Notes under the pieces: model-generated
The model's database searches: none
What the model was told of the DNA's origin: nothing
The model's input: the letters and a program-made list of their open reading frames with translations, nothing else
NCBI GenBank assembly: GCA_048013815.1
Contig: CM106585.1
Coordinates: forward strand, 930,001 to 994,000
Reading direction: 5' to 3'
Source of the DNA: Setoptus koraiensis
Lineage: Eukaryota > Animalia > Arthropoda
Length of the DNA stretch: 64,000 nt
Shown: in pieces, positions 1 to 12,983 of the stretch
Layout of the letters: the number at the start of each line of letters is the position of its first letter
How positions within the stretch are numbered: position 1 is the stretch's first letter
Position numbers and translations under genes: made by a program

Positions 1-1
1 C

Positions 2-3000
2 GCGGAACATGATTTCGGTCTGAAATGGCTAGATCTGAGTCGTGCGCATTTGATCGAATCCATTTTCAGCAACAATCTGATAGATATTGTTAACACTTTA
101 CTGACACTAGAATACGAGCGAAACAATAACCGTCTATTGTTACTAATGATATCTGAGGAAGAACCTTCCATAGAGCCCATGTTGCCAAGTAGCTTTGATG
201 AACAACAATTTGAAAACTTGAGAAACACTCTTAAAGATACTAGTATGTTCGAGAAGTGGTACGCAAATCAAGTCATTAATGGTAAACAAATGTACAGTAA
301 AAAAAACATAAATACTGTCCTACCTGATATTGTTGCCAGAGACTCACCGGAGGCGAGAACGGAAGCTCTAGATTTATGGTATTCCGAATGTAGCTCCATT
401 ATTTCTGATATCATGAATTCATCAGACGACGAATGTCACGCCTACCTAGATTCCATCTTAGAAACTGTGACAAAATTTATACTAGATAGGCCTATTTTAC
501 AGAAGAAAACATTTCTTATAAAATCTTCAAGCAAACATCAGGCCAAAACGAAACAACAATTGGGTCGAGGTTTAGAGGCAGTCAATAATCTGACGAGGGT
601 CCTGTCAGATCCAAATAAATTAATTATCAAAAAAATGTTATCCGTTGATGACTATAGTAGTACAGTTTGTGACTGGATTCAAGACAATCTAGTGAAGTCA
701 TTGGAGAATATCCTGGAAGACATGACATCAATTGCAAGACCTATTTTATCTATTGAGAGATCTGTTTGCATGGAACTTATACAACAACGTCAGATCTACA
801 ATGATACATTAGAGTCTTCGATCACTCATTTCGAGGATTATAGCAAACGAATTTTTGACGAGCTCATATTGAAGCCAGTTACTCAACCAGAGTTAAAAGT
901 GCTTAATTCTACTCATGAACTATGTGCGCCACTATTTATCTGTGGTTCTCAAGGTTGCGGTAAATCTACGATTATGTCAAATTTGATCAAAAGATGTTAT
1001 CAAGAATTCTCGGCCAACTCACACATAGTCTATAGATTCTGTGGTAGCACTCTAGACTCTTTAACAGAGCATCGTGTACTCAGAAGTATATGCGAACAAT
1101 TTTGTCAACAACACGGTGAACACATATCAGCCGCTTCAAGAATTTATAGCAATCGAAAAGAGACATTGAATATTTTATCTAGAATTCTACGATCGGCTCA
1201 AATAAGTATGCTTTTACTCGACGGAATAGATCAGCTAGACCGTCTATCACCTGTTACTCTGGATTGGTTATCAGAGTTCGAGTTGAGCCCAAGACATCGA
1301 ATCATAATCACATTAACTAATAACTCAAACCTTTATAGAAGTTTGCTCAAACTATATCCGCCATCTTGCTTTTATGATTTGGAAGAACCCACGGAGAAGT
1401 ACTGTCGCTCCGTAACAGAGCTCACATTTACAAAAGCCTTCCATGAGAGATACCATGGACTTCAAAAGTCAGCTCCAAGTATCGACACTAACTCAAGCTC
1501 TTATTTCGGCCCCACTAGCGGGCCCTACTCGTATATACACGCGTACAATACTGGTCATTTGTTACTCATGGACTTGAGCCAAGAGACAACTAAACAAACT
1601 AGTGATGAAAGACATTCGAATGTTATCCTAGCGATTTTATCCCAACTGGAGATATTCGTCAGTCCATATATACTGTCCTTTTTGCTCGTCGCATTAGATT
1701 CGTCACGATACGGTATTTTGGAGCATGATATTATTCAGTTGATGGCTTCAAATGACAACATTTTGAAAACTTTCTATTCCAATCGAAGTAGCAATGATTC
1801 AAAATCCACTGCTGCTTTATGGTCTTATCTGAGGTATCAACTTGAGCCATGGTTGGTATATCTCATATGTGATAAAAATATTAGAATCTCGATCAAACGA
1901 GAATTTTCCAAGTTAGCTATTCAGTTATACGCAAAACGAAAGTTCGGTAATATTGTAGAAGAAGTTCGAAGGTTTCTTTTGGGCTATTTCAGCAGACCTC
2001 TTAGGAAACTCTCCTCAGTTAATATTGAAGCTATTCAACAATCCAAAACGTCATCAACGAACAAGCTCGATCAAAATGGAGAATTGAAAGAAGATTTGAG
2101 TAAATTGATGAGGATGCAGTTGGCCAATAACTACTCGGAATCAACTTACTTAGCTCTTCTCACTGATCCTAGTAATGCCAAAGATCAATTGCTCAACAAG
2201 TACCATTTCTATGGCAGATTCTTCTACAGTTGCAAACCGGAAGAATTCATCGAGGACTGCGATCGTTATGCTATTGTTACTGCCATATCAGCAACTAAGT
2301 CAAATAGCGGCACCGAATTGGGCCACCTAGTCAATTACGTGCGTAGCGCAATATATCCATTGCGTTACGATGGTAATCAAATTTTTAGTCAAATCTACTG
2401 TCGTGCATTTGAAGCAATCAAGAATGGAAAACATTCAAAGAATCGAAAAATTCAAGATATATTGAATCTAGCTTTAGCACCACCAGTCACTAGCCTATTA
2501 CCAGTGAGTGAAGCGTCCGTCACTTCTATGAAAAAATCTCAATTTAGTCCAATGATCGCCTCATCAACTACAAATTCTCAGCACCTACAACAGCAAGGAA
2601 ATAAAAATGTCAATATAAGTAGTTGCAGGCAACATCTTTATACTATAGAGGGTAACCATAGGCACATGATCTCAATATCCCCGGAGAGAGGTACTTTAGT
2701 TGTATGGGACATTTATGAAGAAAAAGCAGTTCGTGTGATGCACAACTTAGATCAACCCCGTGATCTCAGGATGATTGATCAGAAGAGAGCTGTTATATTA
2801 TGCAATCGAGAGCTAAAAGTTTACGATTTAGATAGTGGTGAGTTATTGACAAAATTGAAGGGCGTCATGAATCAAAAAATGCCATTCTTTGAAATATATG
2901 GTGAACAGTACGTAGTTGCTCTGGCAAGGAATAGGATGTATGTCAACATGCTTAATCTTGTTACGGGTGAACTGGAGACAACGTTCAAAGTAGGCGAAGA

Positions 3001-4024
3001 TAGATTTTTAAATAGCCTATTAGTGAGTGCCAATGGTGGTATTTGTGTGTGTGGAGATGAGACTCAAAAACCATTTCCCCTTTTAGTTTGGGATCTCAAT
3101 GAGAGAAGATTGTTGTACGACCTACGACTTGAACGTCATGAGTTTCTAACTAAAATATCAGCCATTAGTGATGACGGTCATTATGTTGCGTCTGCTTGTC
3201 GGCAGCTGACATCCCCCAACGAACAATCTAACGAAAACGGCCTCTCTGGAATGGTCAAGACAGATGGTCAACAACAAGCAGGACCAACTCCAAATTTTAT
3301 AGTTGTTTATGATCTCAATTCCGGAACCATGTTCAAAAAATGGAAGCCTGGCTTAGACTCTTGCAGTATCTCCATCTCTTTGTCGCCAAATCAGACAGGC
3401 AAGGTCTTAAATGGTGTCGCTAATTCTAATATTTTCGTCTGGGACTTGGCCACTGGTGCTAAAAAGTAAGCTCTAGATTCAGAAACAACTGTTTTTTTTT
3501 TGTTTACAAATCTAACTTGTTCATCACAAGTAAACTGACTCCCAACTTATCTCGTATCCTTTATTGTAGACACACTCTTGTCGGTCATACTGCACCTGTA
3601 GACTTCCTCCAAGTACAAAATGACAGATTGTTCTCCATGGATTCCACATGCCGAGACAGAAGCCTGAGGACTTGGGATATAGAAAAAGGTAATTTATTTT
3701 ATGAAATAAGAGATCAAATTTATTAGATCCATGTAAACGCGATGATATTCTAATACAATAGTTGTCTCGTTGCATCTCTATATAGGTACATGCCTGGCTG
3801 TCTTTACACCAGATTCACCAGTTAATTGCTGCAGAATAGCAGTTCGAGGCGATGCGTTGGTATGTGGTTTTTCTTCAGAGACAAGACTCAGCACTTTGGC
3901 CTTTTGCAGGAACGAGCTAGTTAATGATATTGTGAAAAGAAACAATCGAAGGAAATCGTCCGGACCCACCTATGTATTTGATGAGCCTGCCCCGAATAGA
4001 AAGACAAGCCAACAAAGCTCATAG
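2..4024 (+). CDS. NACHT (STAND NTPase) and WD40-repeat protein, NWD1/NWD2/qui-1-like; 5' end lies outside the window. Exons <2-3465, 3570-3688, 3786-4024
   Basis: The frame is open from base 2. It contains Walker A (LFICGSQGCGKST), Walker B (MLLLDGIDQL) and C-terminal WD40 repeats (LVVWDI, LLVWDL, IFVWDL, GH...LRTWDI). Two GT-AG introns (GTAAGC at 3466, GTAATT at 3689) join three ORF-track fragments in phase; 3822 nt spliced = 1274 codons. Confidence 0.88.
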
Positions 4025-4267
4025 CTGGCAGTGTGTACGAGCTCAGAAAGGCCCCTTACAACAAAAAACTTCGTCCGCGAAACAATCATAGCTTCTATGC
4101 TATTTTGATTGCTTTGGTTGTACACAATATCAATTAAAGAGTTAGAGAGTCTTTTATAGACATGGAATCAATGGAAAAATGAGTAAATTGATTAAGCAAA
4201 TATAATTATATTTATATTATATACTTTATGTACAAGTATATCCTAGGTATGAATGGACAAAGGGATG

Positions 4268-5506
4268 CTAATGTGATAATCTGTTTTGTTGTTGTTGATC
4301 CAGTGGAGGAAACTCACTGTCGTACTGGTACGGGTCATTTGATGATGATGATGACGCTGGAAGTCCCATATTGGCACCCAAAGATATACACTCGGGTATG
4401 GAAGTATCACGACATAGTTCTGCCTCTTCTAGCCTGTGCTGTCTAATCAAAGTACAATCGCCTCCTTCATTCACATTCAAATCGTAAATGTACAAATATC
4501 CCTCTGCGGAGACAACCAGCACTCGTGGTTGTTTGTCTATGGTGGTTATGGCGCACACATTTTTCAATTGTTTGAAAGGAAGGCGGCAAGTGGCAAATGA
4601 ACGCCACTGATTAAACATATCGCTAACTTGCGCGGATACATATGTAGATGATTGCATTATGACTCCTTTAAGGTAGTTAGTCCATGTGGATTGTGATGAA
4701 TTCACATGATCCTTCGATTGATCCAATTTGAATATGTGAACTGTTTCTGTGCTGCTAGATGCAGAAAGAAACAATGAGTCTTGACTAAACGACAATGAAT
4801 ATATATCAACGCAACGAGCGTATCCTCTCCTGAATTCGTATATGCATGATCCATCCTCTATTGTGTGCACTCGAATAACGGTGCCTTTCTCAGAAGCGCT
4901 GGCCAATTTGAGACCTTGTTGGTCAAAGGTCAAAGCTGCTAGGGGATTGTCATGAGCTGGTATAAGAATCTTGTTCTTAAGCGTAATAGTATCGAAAATT
5001 TGTACCTCACCACTCTGTGAGCTGGCTGGGTAGGCTAGATAACAATTTTCACTTTTGGGTGATAAAGCGCACAGACCATGGGGATTTGGTGGTGTGTTAT
5101 TGATGACCCATATTAGTTTCATATCTCTCAGATTGTGTATAAACAATTGATCTTCTAGGCAAATGATGAGACGCTGCCTATTCAATCTGACGGCCAAAAT
5201 TGTGTTTGTATAACTATAGTTGCATATTTCTGTATTTCTGCGTATATGGCAAACTCGCAACTTTCTTGGCGAGGACAGACTAACAATGGCGACCAATGAT
5301 GATGAAAATAACCGTTCTACAATACAAACGTCTTCATGCTCGTGTCCTTGAAATGTTTTGATGAGATTATCAACACAATTATGTAAAGCGTATAGTTGAT
5401 ATCCTGTTTTAGTACCAATTGCCAGCGAGCTTACATCCTGATTGAAATTGACAAATTGTACATTGGGGTTGGTACCCTTGTAGTCACTTTCTATGGTTAG
5501 ATTCAT
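4268..5506 (-). CDS. WIPI2: WD repeat phosphoinositide-interacting protein (WIPI1/2, Atg18 family PROPPIN), intronless, 412 aa
   Basis: Typical N-terminus ([14 protein letters not shown]), [29 protein letters not shown] and the lipid-binding FRRG motif ([10 protein letters not shown]). Confidence 0.93.
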   Translation of the reverse strand: MNLTIESDYKGTNPNVQFVNFNQDVSSLAIGTKTGYQLYALHNCVDNLIKTFQGHEHEDVCIVERLFSSSLVAIVSLSSPRKLRVCHIRRNTEICNYSYTNTILAVRLNRQRLIICLEDQLFIHNLRDMKLIWVINNTPPNPHGLCALSPKSENCYLAYPASSQSGEVQIFDTITLKNKILIPAHDNPLAALTFDQQGLKLASASEKGTVIRVHTIEDGSCIYEFRRGYARCVDIYSLSFSQDSLFLSASSSTETVHIFKLDQSKDHVNSSQSTWTNYLKGVIMQSSTYVSAQVSDMFNQWRSFATCRLPFKQLKNVCAITTIDKQPRVLVVSAEGYLYIYDLNVNEGGDCTLIRQHRLEEAELCRDTSIPECISLGANMGLPASSSSSNDPYQYDSEFPPLDQQQQNRLSH

Positions 5507-8010
5507 GGTTTTTTTGTAGCACCTTCAGCTCTAGATGTGTTCGAGTGACTCTTGTTTGGATGGCCTGATAGTAATAGAAGTGTTATAATGATATGAAGCT
5601 GTGTGATGTTATATTGTATTATGATAATATATAAATCAGTAAAAGAGTAATAGTTGCAATGGGACTCAATTTATTCGCAACGTATCTCCGAAACACAGAT
5701 GATATGGGATCGATATTAATAATAAATGTTTGGTGATGATATTATTAGATAGTTATGATTTGTGTGTCTGTGATGGAGGCATTGATGGACTTGATTAAAG
5801 TTTTATAAAATGATAGGGCTAGATTGTTTATTTGTTTGTTTTGTGTTGTATTTGGCAATTCAATTTATATATTAGATAGCTGCATCCTGTGAAGACGATG
5901 ACCAACGATGATAGATATAGTAATAATGTGCATTTATGAGTGTGAGTATGCGTGTTGATGATAGCGAAAATATATATTTAATATAAGATATATAAATAAA
6001 ATTATTATTATTAGGTTAAAAATATAATGGTGATAGTAATTATATCACAAAGTGTAAAATGAGTGTGAGATTGGTGGTGGTGCCATGATGTTAGCTTACG
6101 GATAAACTCAACCGATGATGATAGGTTGTTGTTGTAGAATATGTTCTTGTCCAATGTTCATCGTTGATTACTCCAACAAATCTTGGTTTGCAGTTCAGCT
6201 ATATTATATTAATTTTATTTATATTCTTGTTATTATTATTATTACAGTTATATAGTTAACATAACCAATGTATTTACTACTGTATATAAAAAGATACAAG
6301 TATAACAAGAGTTGTATATAAATATAAAAGGCAGAACAAAAACAACAGTTGTTGTTGTTGATAATGATGTTGTTGTTGTTGTTGTTGTTATTCTACGTAC
6401 TTCTCTATCTCGTGCCTCTGTGTATCGTGTATTCGTGTAAGTGTTTTCCCTTTGTGCGCCAGATAACTGTGCCAAACTGTGCCAACTGGGCTCATGAGCG
6501 TCCGTTGAGTAGCACCCATCGCAACGTTAATTTGCGTTATAACTCATACGAATGGCACTACACAGGCTAGGGTAAACTCAGCGAACATTGTAATAGTATA
6601 GAAAATAGGAGAGTGTTCATTTTGACGAAGCGACAAATGCAAATGTTGTAAAAAATTAATGATTTATAGGAGGACATAACTCTGGACAAAGGGTCCATTA
6701 AGCTCTTGTCACACACATGTTACTGCCCAATGTATTGCCCGAACAAAGAAGCCTTCGACATTCGGAAACTGCATCCAGTCTTGTCAATCCATTGCACAAT
6801 ATATCGAAACGATTGATTATAATACATAAAAAATATTCAGATTTATAAACACTGACATTGACCGGACTATCCTGGGCGCCATTATTGTCACCTTGCGACA
6901 GGATGATGCAACTTCTTCAATGGGTCTGTTGTGGAACAAGAGAGAAGAGACACAAGTTCACAGTTGAGTTTACTGGAGGATCTTGGTTGGTCTCAACTTC
7001 ATGCTGCCATCAATGATACAAAGCCTTTTGCGAGACTTGAGAGTTGCCATCGGGTGCCAGCTAGACAACTGTGACTAATAGACGATCTGTGTAATGTTGA
7101 CAACTCGACAACCAATCGAGTCACTAAAGATCGCTGTTCATTGATTTAAAAAAGACAATTTCATTTCTGTTCCTTTCTGTTCGTTGTCCACGAGCACAGC
7201 TCCGGGTTTTCGTTTATTCTCGCCCTTCTGTTTTGCGACTCTACCATTTGTTTCACAAGTCAGTGGTTTTCGTGTGTGCCACAATGCAAATATAATGGGA
7301 TTTAGATGGGCAATCTAGAGAAATAACTGACAAATAATCAGGGTTTAAGCGACACAATGAAAAAGTGCGCATGAAAAATCAGAGAGACACGTAGCAATAT
7401 TGCCGATAGAGACACCGCTCGTTTGTTGTCAACAAAGTTCGTTGTTTTCATGGCAATTTTTACTGTCTTTTTGTTAATATCAATGTGTAGTAAAAGTAAT
7501 AAGTATGCAAATTTTAATATATGCGATTCAATACTTATTATATCGCAGTGATCAAGTGACTATACAAGATTCTCCACTATTATTAATGGCCACGTTTTAC
7601 CAATTGTCAACTCATCAAGAGTTCAATCACTCACACAGATCCCTTATCAAATCAATCTGACGTGACTAATCAACCAGATGAAACAGTTCAAAATTTATTC
7701 ATTTTAATATAATAATGGTGTATTTACACAAAGATTATTTGACATTAGCGATTAAAGGTTTGATCGGTCATGATAATATAATGATGCGACATATATTAAT
7801 TGTTATTCTCTTCAAGTCCATCTGTGGATATTGATGTGGTGTAATCTTAATGAGATCAGCAACTGAAATGAACAATACAGACTAGCAAACAGATTTGTGT
7901 ATTGTTGTTGAGTTGAATAGATAGTATTTATATATCATTCTTTATTATTATGCCATATGTTATTAATGTGTGTGTGTGTAATAGTGGTAGTAAGTTGCTA
8001 TACAGAATAC

Positions 8011-11000
8011 CTAGGAGCTAGGTTTGGCCCCAAATATATCCTCATGGTAGCGATTTTGTTCTCTCAATGATAACAATAATTCATCGCTTTGCGAATGATC
8101 ATGATTGCCCAAATCGCTTAATATATCTTGTAGTTGTCTGTGGACTCCCTCGGCCATGGCCACATCGCCACAAACGTAAACATGGGCCGCTTGTGTTAAT
8201 ATAAGCTGACGAACCCTATCAGAGTTTTCTCTTAGTCTATCTTGAACATATTCCTTTGGGCTAGTTTTTAGTCTTGAATAGCTTATATTCAAATTAGTAA
8301 TAACTGTCTTGTCTACCATATCATCTAACTCATCTTTATACAATGTGGCATCATAGTTTCTGCAACCGAAATACAGGTCAATACTTCCAAATTTAGACTG
8401 TGAATCAGTTAGTCTATTGTTGTTGTTATTGTTATTGTTGTTGTTATTGTTTCCGAACTGAGAATATCTGTGTTGCCAAAATGATCTGAATGGCGCTATT
8501 CCCGTACCCGGTCCAATAAGGATCATGGGCAAGGAAGTGTCTTGAGGCATATGAAAAGATGGAGCCGATCTGATGTAGCCGTAAATTGTTTCAGTTTCAT
8601 CAACTCTATTTAGGTAATTAGAGCAGACACCCTCTCGTTGGTGGCCCGTCTTTGTGATCCATCTTATGACGCCTACGGTAAGACTGATTTTCGAATCAGA
8701 CACTGTCGGGGAACTGGATATAGAATAAAAGCGGGGCTGTATCAAAGGTAATTGAGTTAAAAGTTGCGGCCTGAATCCGATAGATACAAATTGATCCAAT
8801 ACGTTCAATAGATTTGGGCAATTTGCATGTTTCCATTCTTCGTATAGGGCCGAATTGGTGGCCAATTGCTGAAGACGCTTCCTTTCGCTAACATCATCAG
8901 CAAACTGGCCCAGTATAGATAGATACTCTTGACTCGGTGGCGTCGTTATGTCCAAGAAACGCGTTAGTGCCTCTTGAATAGATGTCACCGGTAAACGATC
9001 ATGTAAGACCCATTCGTCGGAATCATTGCCTGAATGATCATTATTACATTCACTACCACCTTTCATCATGGAAGATAAATCATCGTTGTTATTATGACCT
9101 TTATCATTCAAAGCCTGGCCACTACCTTTATTGGTGTTGCCATCTTGGTGTTGTTGTTGTGCTGCTGGCTGATTACCACCAACGCCGCTTCCTCCCCCGC
9201 CACCACCACTATTACCACCTGAAGTGGTGGCAGCTGGTGTTATATCTAGATCTTCTCTTTTTATTAGTATCATATAAATGATGCTGGGATCCATTTTTGG
9301 ATCGTGCCTCTTCAAATGATCAATGATACCACGTACCAAATCTAGATTATTGGTAGGATAAATGGCAACATGATCGCCTGGCTCAAATACTAACGGAAGA
9401 CCATCGCTTGTCTCGAGATCAACACAGATAGTCTGAAGGGGACCCTGGCCATCGTAAATGTGCAAATCTCTTTTGTTCAATAGTTTAAATTGTGTTATCT
9501 TTTTGTTGGTCATTTTAATGAGGTCCTGCTGTACAAAATAAGGGTCCTGTTGTTGCTTGTTGTTTGCTGTTATTGTTGCAGCTTTTGTTGATGCAACACC
9601 GCTGTTGCTGTTGTTGTTATTACTATTATTGTTGTTGTTTGTTACTGGTATGAACTTGACATCTTTAGGGTTCCATTTTGAGGTTCGTTCATTGATTGTA
9701 ACGAAATTGTCACTGATACAGAAAACGTCGCATGCAGTTCGGAAGGCCATCTTACTCCATTCGGCGAAGGCCTTCTCTTGACCGCACAATTCATCGCCAC
9801 ATTCGCATTTCAATATACGCTCGGCGCCCAATTCGCCCAATGTTTGATCCACGTAGCGACCAAATGCACAAAAATTTGGATAAGCCGTGGAGCCTAACGA
9901 GAAGACCGCAAATCTAACATTTGATAGTGGACACACTGATTGTTGCAATGGATCTTCGACACTTTGCGACAGAACACGTGTAAAGGTTGTCGTCGACACC
10001 AAATTGACACTATCCATGTCGGGCGTTGTGTCACCCGTTAACTTAATGGCGTGCAATTGTCTGGCAAATGTTTCACCGTTTTCAGGCGGATCACCATTGC
10101 CAAATGTGCTAGTGACGATCAACACAAGAGCCTCATGCTCTAGACAGGTCATATCGTAGTCGTTCATGCACATTAAGTGTACATTGAAGGCATGTGAAAA
10201 TATTTGCGCCAGCTTATTTGCATAGCGTTCCGATTTACCTGTCTCGGTTGCATACAATATTGTGGCCTTTATGCGCCTACTAAGGGCCTTACCAAACAAT
10301 TTTGAGGTAAACTTGACGGCTCTTGCTATCTCTTTGAAGCGCAATTTGCGTGGCGTCAGTCCACCCAACAGACGGCCAGGAGTAAGTGGACTAGCGCCCA
10401 TGTGCGAGTTTCCATCGCTGCCTGCGCCGTTCTGTTTGCAGCTAGAGTCCAACTTTGACCAGTCGAAAGTCTTCCAAGCGGGCTCCAGGTATTCATAATT
10501 GGGCAACAAATGATAATTAACCATCTCTTGGTGGTACACTTGTGTTGTGCTTCCGCCCGTTGGTGGCACTATCCAGACCCAATCGGCTGGGCAGCCGCCG
10601 CGCAAACGCTGCTCGTTAGCCAAATGGGTCATAAATGTTTCGCTTGCAGTGTGATGATCCACAATAGTCACACCAGCCCGCTGATAGCTATCTAACACGG
10701 CCAGATTAACCTCAACGAGAGCCTGGTCGCGCCACAAGCTAAAGTTAGATGTTGTATCGAGCTTCATACGTTGAGCAACACTTTCGAGAACGTTGTAACG
10801 ATTTACATCACCCAAATCCCTGGTGCCGATTTCTGTCACCATATACCAACCAGAGAAAGGTGCAGCGGGAAATTGCAGGCCGCCCACATCGAGCATCATG
10901 GAACTGACCGCGGGCAACGCGTACCATTCCAAACCGAGCTCTTTAAACCAGTCAAATTTTGGATGATGCAGTTTAACTCGCAACACCAGATCCTCCGGCA

Positions 11001-11803
11001 GTGGAAAAAATTGTGGCGGTCCGCCATTTGCGGACAACACCAATGGTAATATGTCGAATCTGGTGCCAGCGCCTTGCCAGCCCAATTTTTGGCACAATTC
11101 TGTAAAGTCAGCATTTGCGGGGTCGCCAATAATAGTGCCAGCTTTATTGTTGGCGCTACTGTCGGCTCCGCTACCAGACTTGTTATTGTTATCTTGATTC
11201 CCGTTGGTTTGTTTGTCGTCACTTTCGTTGTTTGTTATTCTGTAGCCAGCATAACCAATAAGTTGGCTATTCCAAACACGATAATCGTATTTAGTTGAAT
11301 TGACACGTTGCGGAAATATTGTTATGGCTGATCTCAGACTGCCCTTGTTGGTTGCGTACCTTATATGATTACACAAGGCCTCAAACATCTCGTGGGTGGT
11401 GGTGGTGAAACGGGCATCAAATACCTGCAATTTTGACCACTGTATTCTGCCAATACATCTAGGTGCATTGCGCCAAGCCAACTTGGCGCCAAATATAAGC
11501 TCTGTCTCTTTCAGGTAATATGTTTTGGTTAATTTTATTTGCTCTTTTATCTCTTCAATGCGTTGGTTGTGTGCCGGTGAATTTAATCTTTTAATTGAAG
11601 TGTAATATTGAATCAAAAATTGCTTCGCTTGCTCCAAAATATCCTCTGGCGATCTAACTGAATGTTTAACGGGTTCAGGATTAATAATGCTACCCATACA
11701 ATGCTTATAAGTACAACCAACTGGATTATTGCTTGTCTGGTGTAATATGTCAACTGTTTGATTTCCCGTGCTTAAATCCCTAAGCTTGATGGGCTTCATT
11801 GGT
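8011..11803 (-). CDS. Nos: Nitric oxide synthase, constitutive type; main exon 11803-8011 encodes the whole oxygenase, CaM-binding and reductase regions (possible start ATG at 11799)
   Basis: Zn motif CTYKHC; heme motif AWRNAPRCIGRIQW; substrate Glu in GWYMVTEIG; WVWIVPP; CaM helix RFKEIARAVKFTSKLF; FMN motifs YATETGKS and TSTFGNGDPP with an ~40-aa autoinhibitory insert; FAD motif RFYSISSS; NADPH motif GPGTGIAPFR; terminal YHEDIFG. An acceptor CAG at 11806-11804 precedes RPMKPIKL. Confidence 0.97.
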
Positions 11804-12677
11804 CTGTATGTGATTGCGATGCGTGTTTGTGCGTGTATAAGATAATAATAAATATAAGATGATAAAAATAAGAAAAAAGAATATATAAACAATGAATTCA
11901 GTTAGTTTTAACACAATGATGTCTTTAGCTGCCCTAATTTTACCAATATTACACACTGCAAAATCATCAATGGAAGACATAAACACAAACATAAAAATAA
12001 AAAGAAATACAAGTGGGTGCAAGTCCTGTGCGATGTTAGATTGGTTATGTAATTGTCAATAGTTGCCTACTGTCAAACTAAAGACACCAACAAAAAAACA
12101 ATAATCGATTGCTCAAGTGTTGATCTTGATATCGATGCTTACGTGCAGCATAGTGTGACTTTTTTTTTGTTGGCGCCAATGTGTATCAATTTATGCAAAT
12201 TCAACCAGCCTAAAAATACAACAACAGCAACAGGGAGCAAACATTTGCTCGCGACTATTCATGTCATCCAACAAGAATTCAAGAATGAACAAGGTCAATT
12301 GAATAGATCTCTATGCAATCTCGCGCAAACCACGAGCACTGTATATCTATATTCTATTCTGTGGCAATAGTTGACTAGCTAGTGCTAGAGAGAAACTTGC
12401 AAGAATCAATCTTATTTGTATCTACACAAGAGATTCGTTTTCGTCGTCGGCGTTGTGGACCACTATTGCAGCTTACTCATGATGCAGCGGAAACGTTGCA
12501 TCATCGTATATCTTGCACGTGATATCAGATCATGTGTTAGAGAGCGCGTGTGATTGTTTTTTTTCTTTGTAAACTTTTTACTCTCCTATCACGACACATA
12601 TTGCTTCGTCAAGCTAACCATGGTCGCCGTTTTGACTCGCAATGATGTTTGTCAATAAAGAATTGTCAACTACTCAC

Positions 12678-12983
12678 AAGTTGACCAGACAATCACCAAT
12701 ACCAAATGTGTTACAGTTAACAGAGCAGCGATAGTTGCCGTAATGGATGTTGTTGCGATAACAATTGCCTTGAAATTTAGTGTTGGAGCCCTTTAGGAAC
12801 CTTTGCTCTTCCATCACAGCATACGCCACTGGAAAAGCGATAAGATAACATGAGCAGTGATGATAACAAGTCGCTAGGTGCATTTCCGTTTTGTGTGATT
12901 GTTTAAATCTAGGTGACGCAATAGGTGGCATTAGATAGTGTGTTTTGTTAGTGTCAACTTCCGATGTCCGACAACCATCAAAG
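12678..12983 (-). CDS. Candidate upstream NOS exon (306 nt, phase 2-2)
   Basis: Pyrimidine-rich acceptor (TTCTCGTTTTTCTGTCTCCACTTACAG) and GTGAGT donor at 12677. The only long open frame splices in phase onto the NOS main exon. No homology recognised, so it could be UTR. Confidence 0.3.

Noticed and set aside
8982-11298. Several plus-strand and alternate-frame ORFs overlapping NOS
   Set aside because: These are antisense or shifted shadows of a long coding exon, with no independent motifs.
11804-11892. Hydrophobic N-terminus MFIYSFFLFLSSYIYYYL of the 1293-aa NOS ORF, resembling a signal or TM segment
   Set aside because: It begins at a non-ATG codon in AT-rich intron-like sequence upstream of a CAG acceptor at 11806-11804, so it is read-through into the intron.
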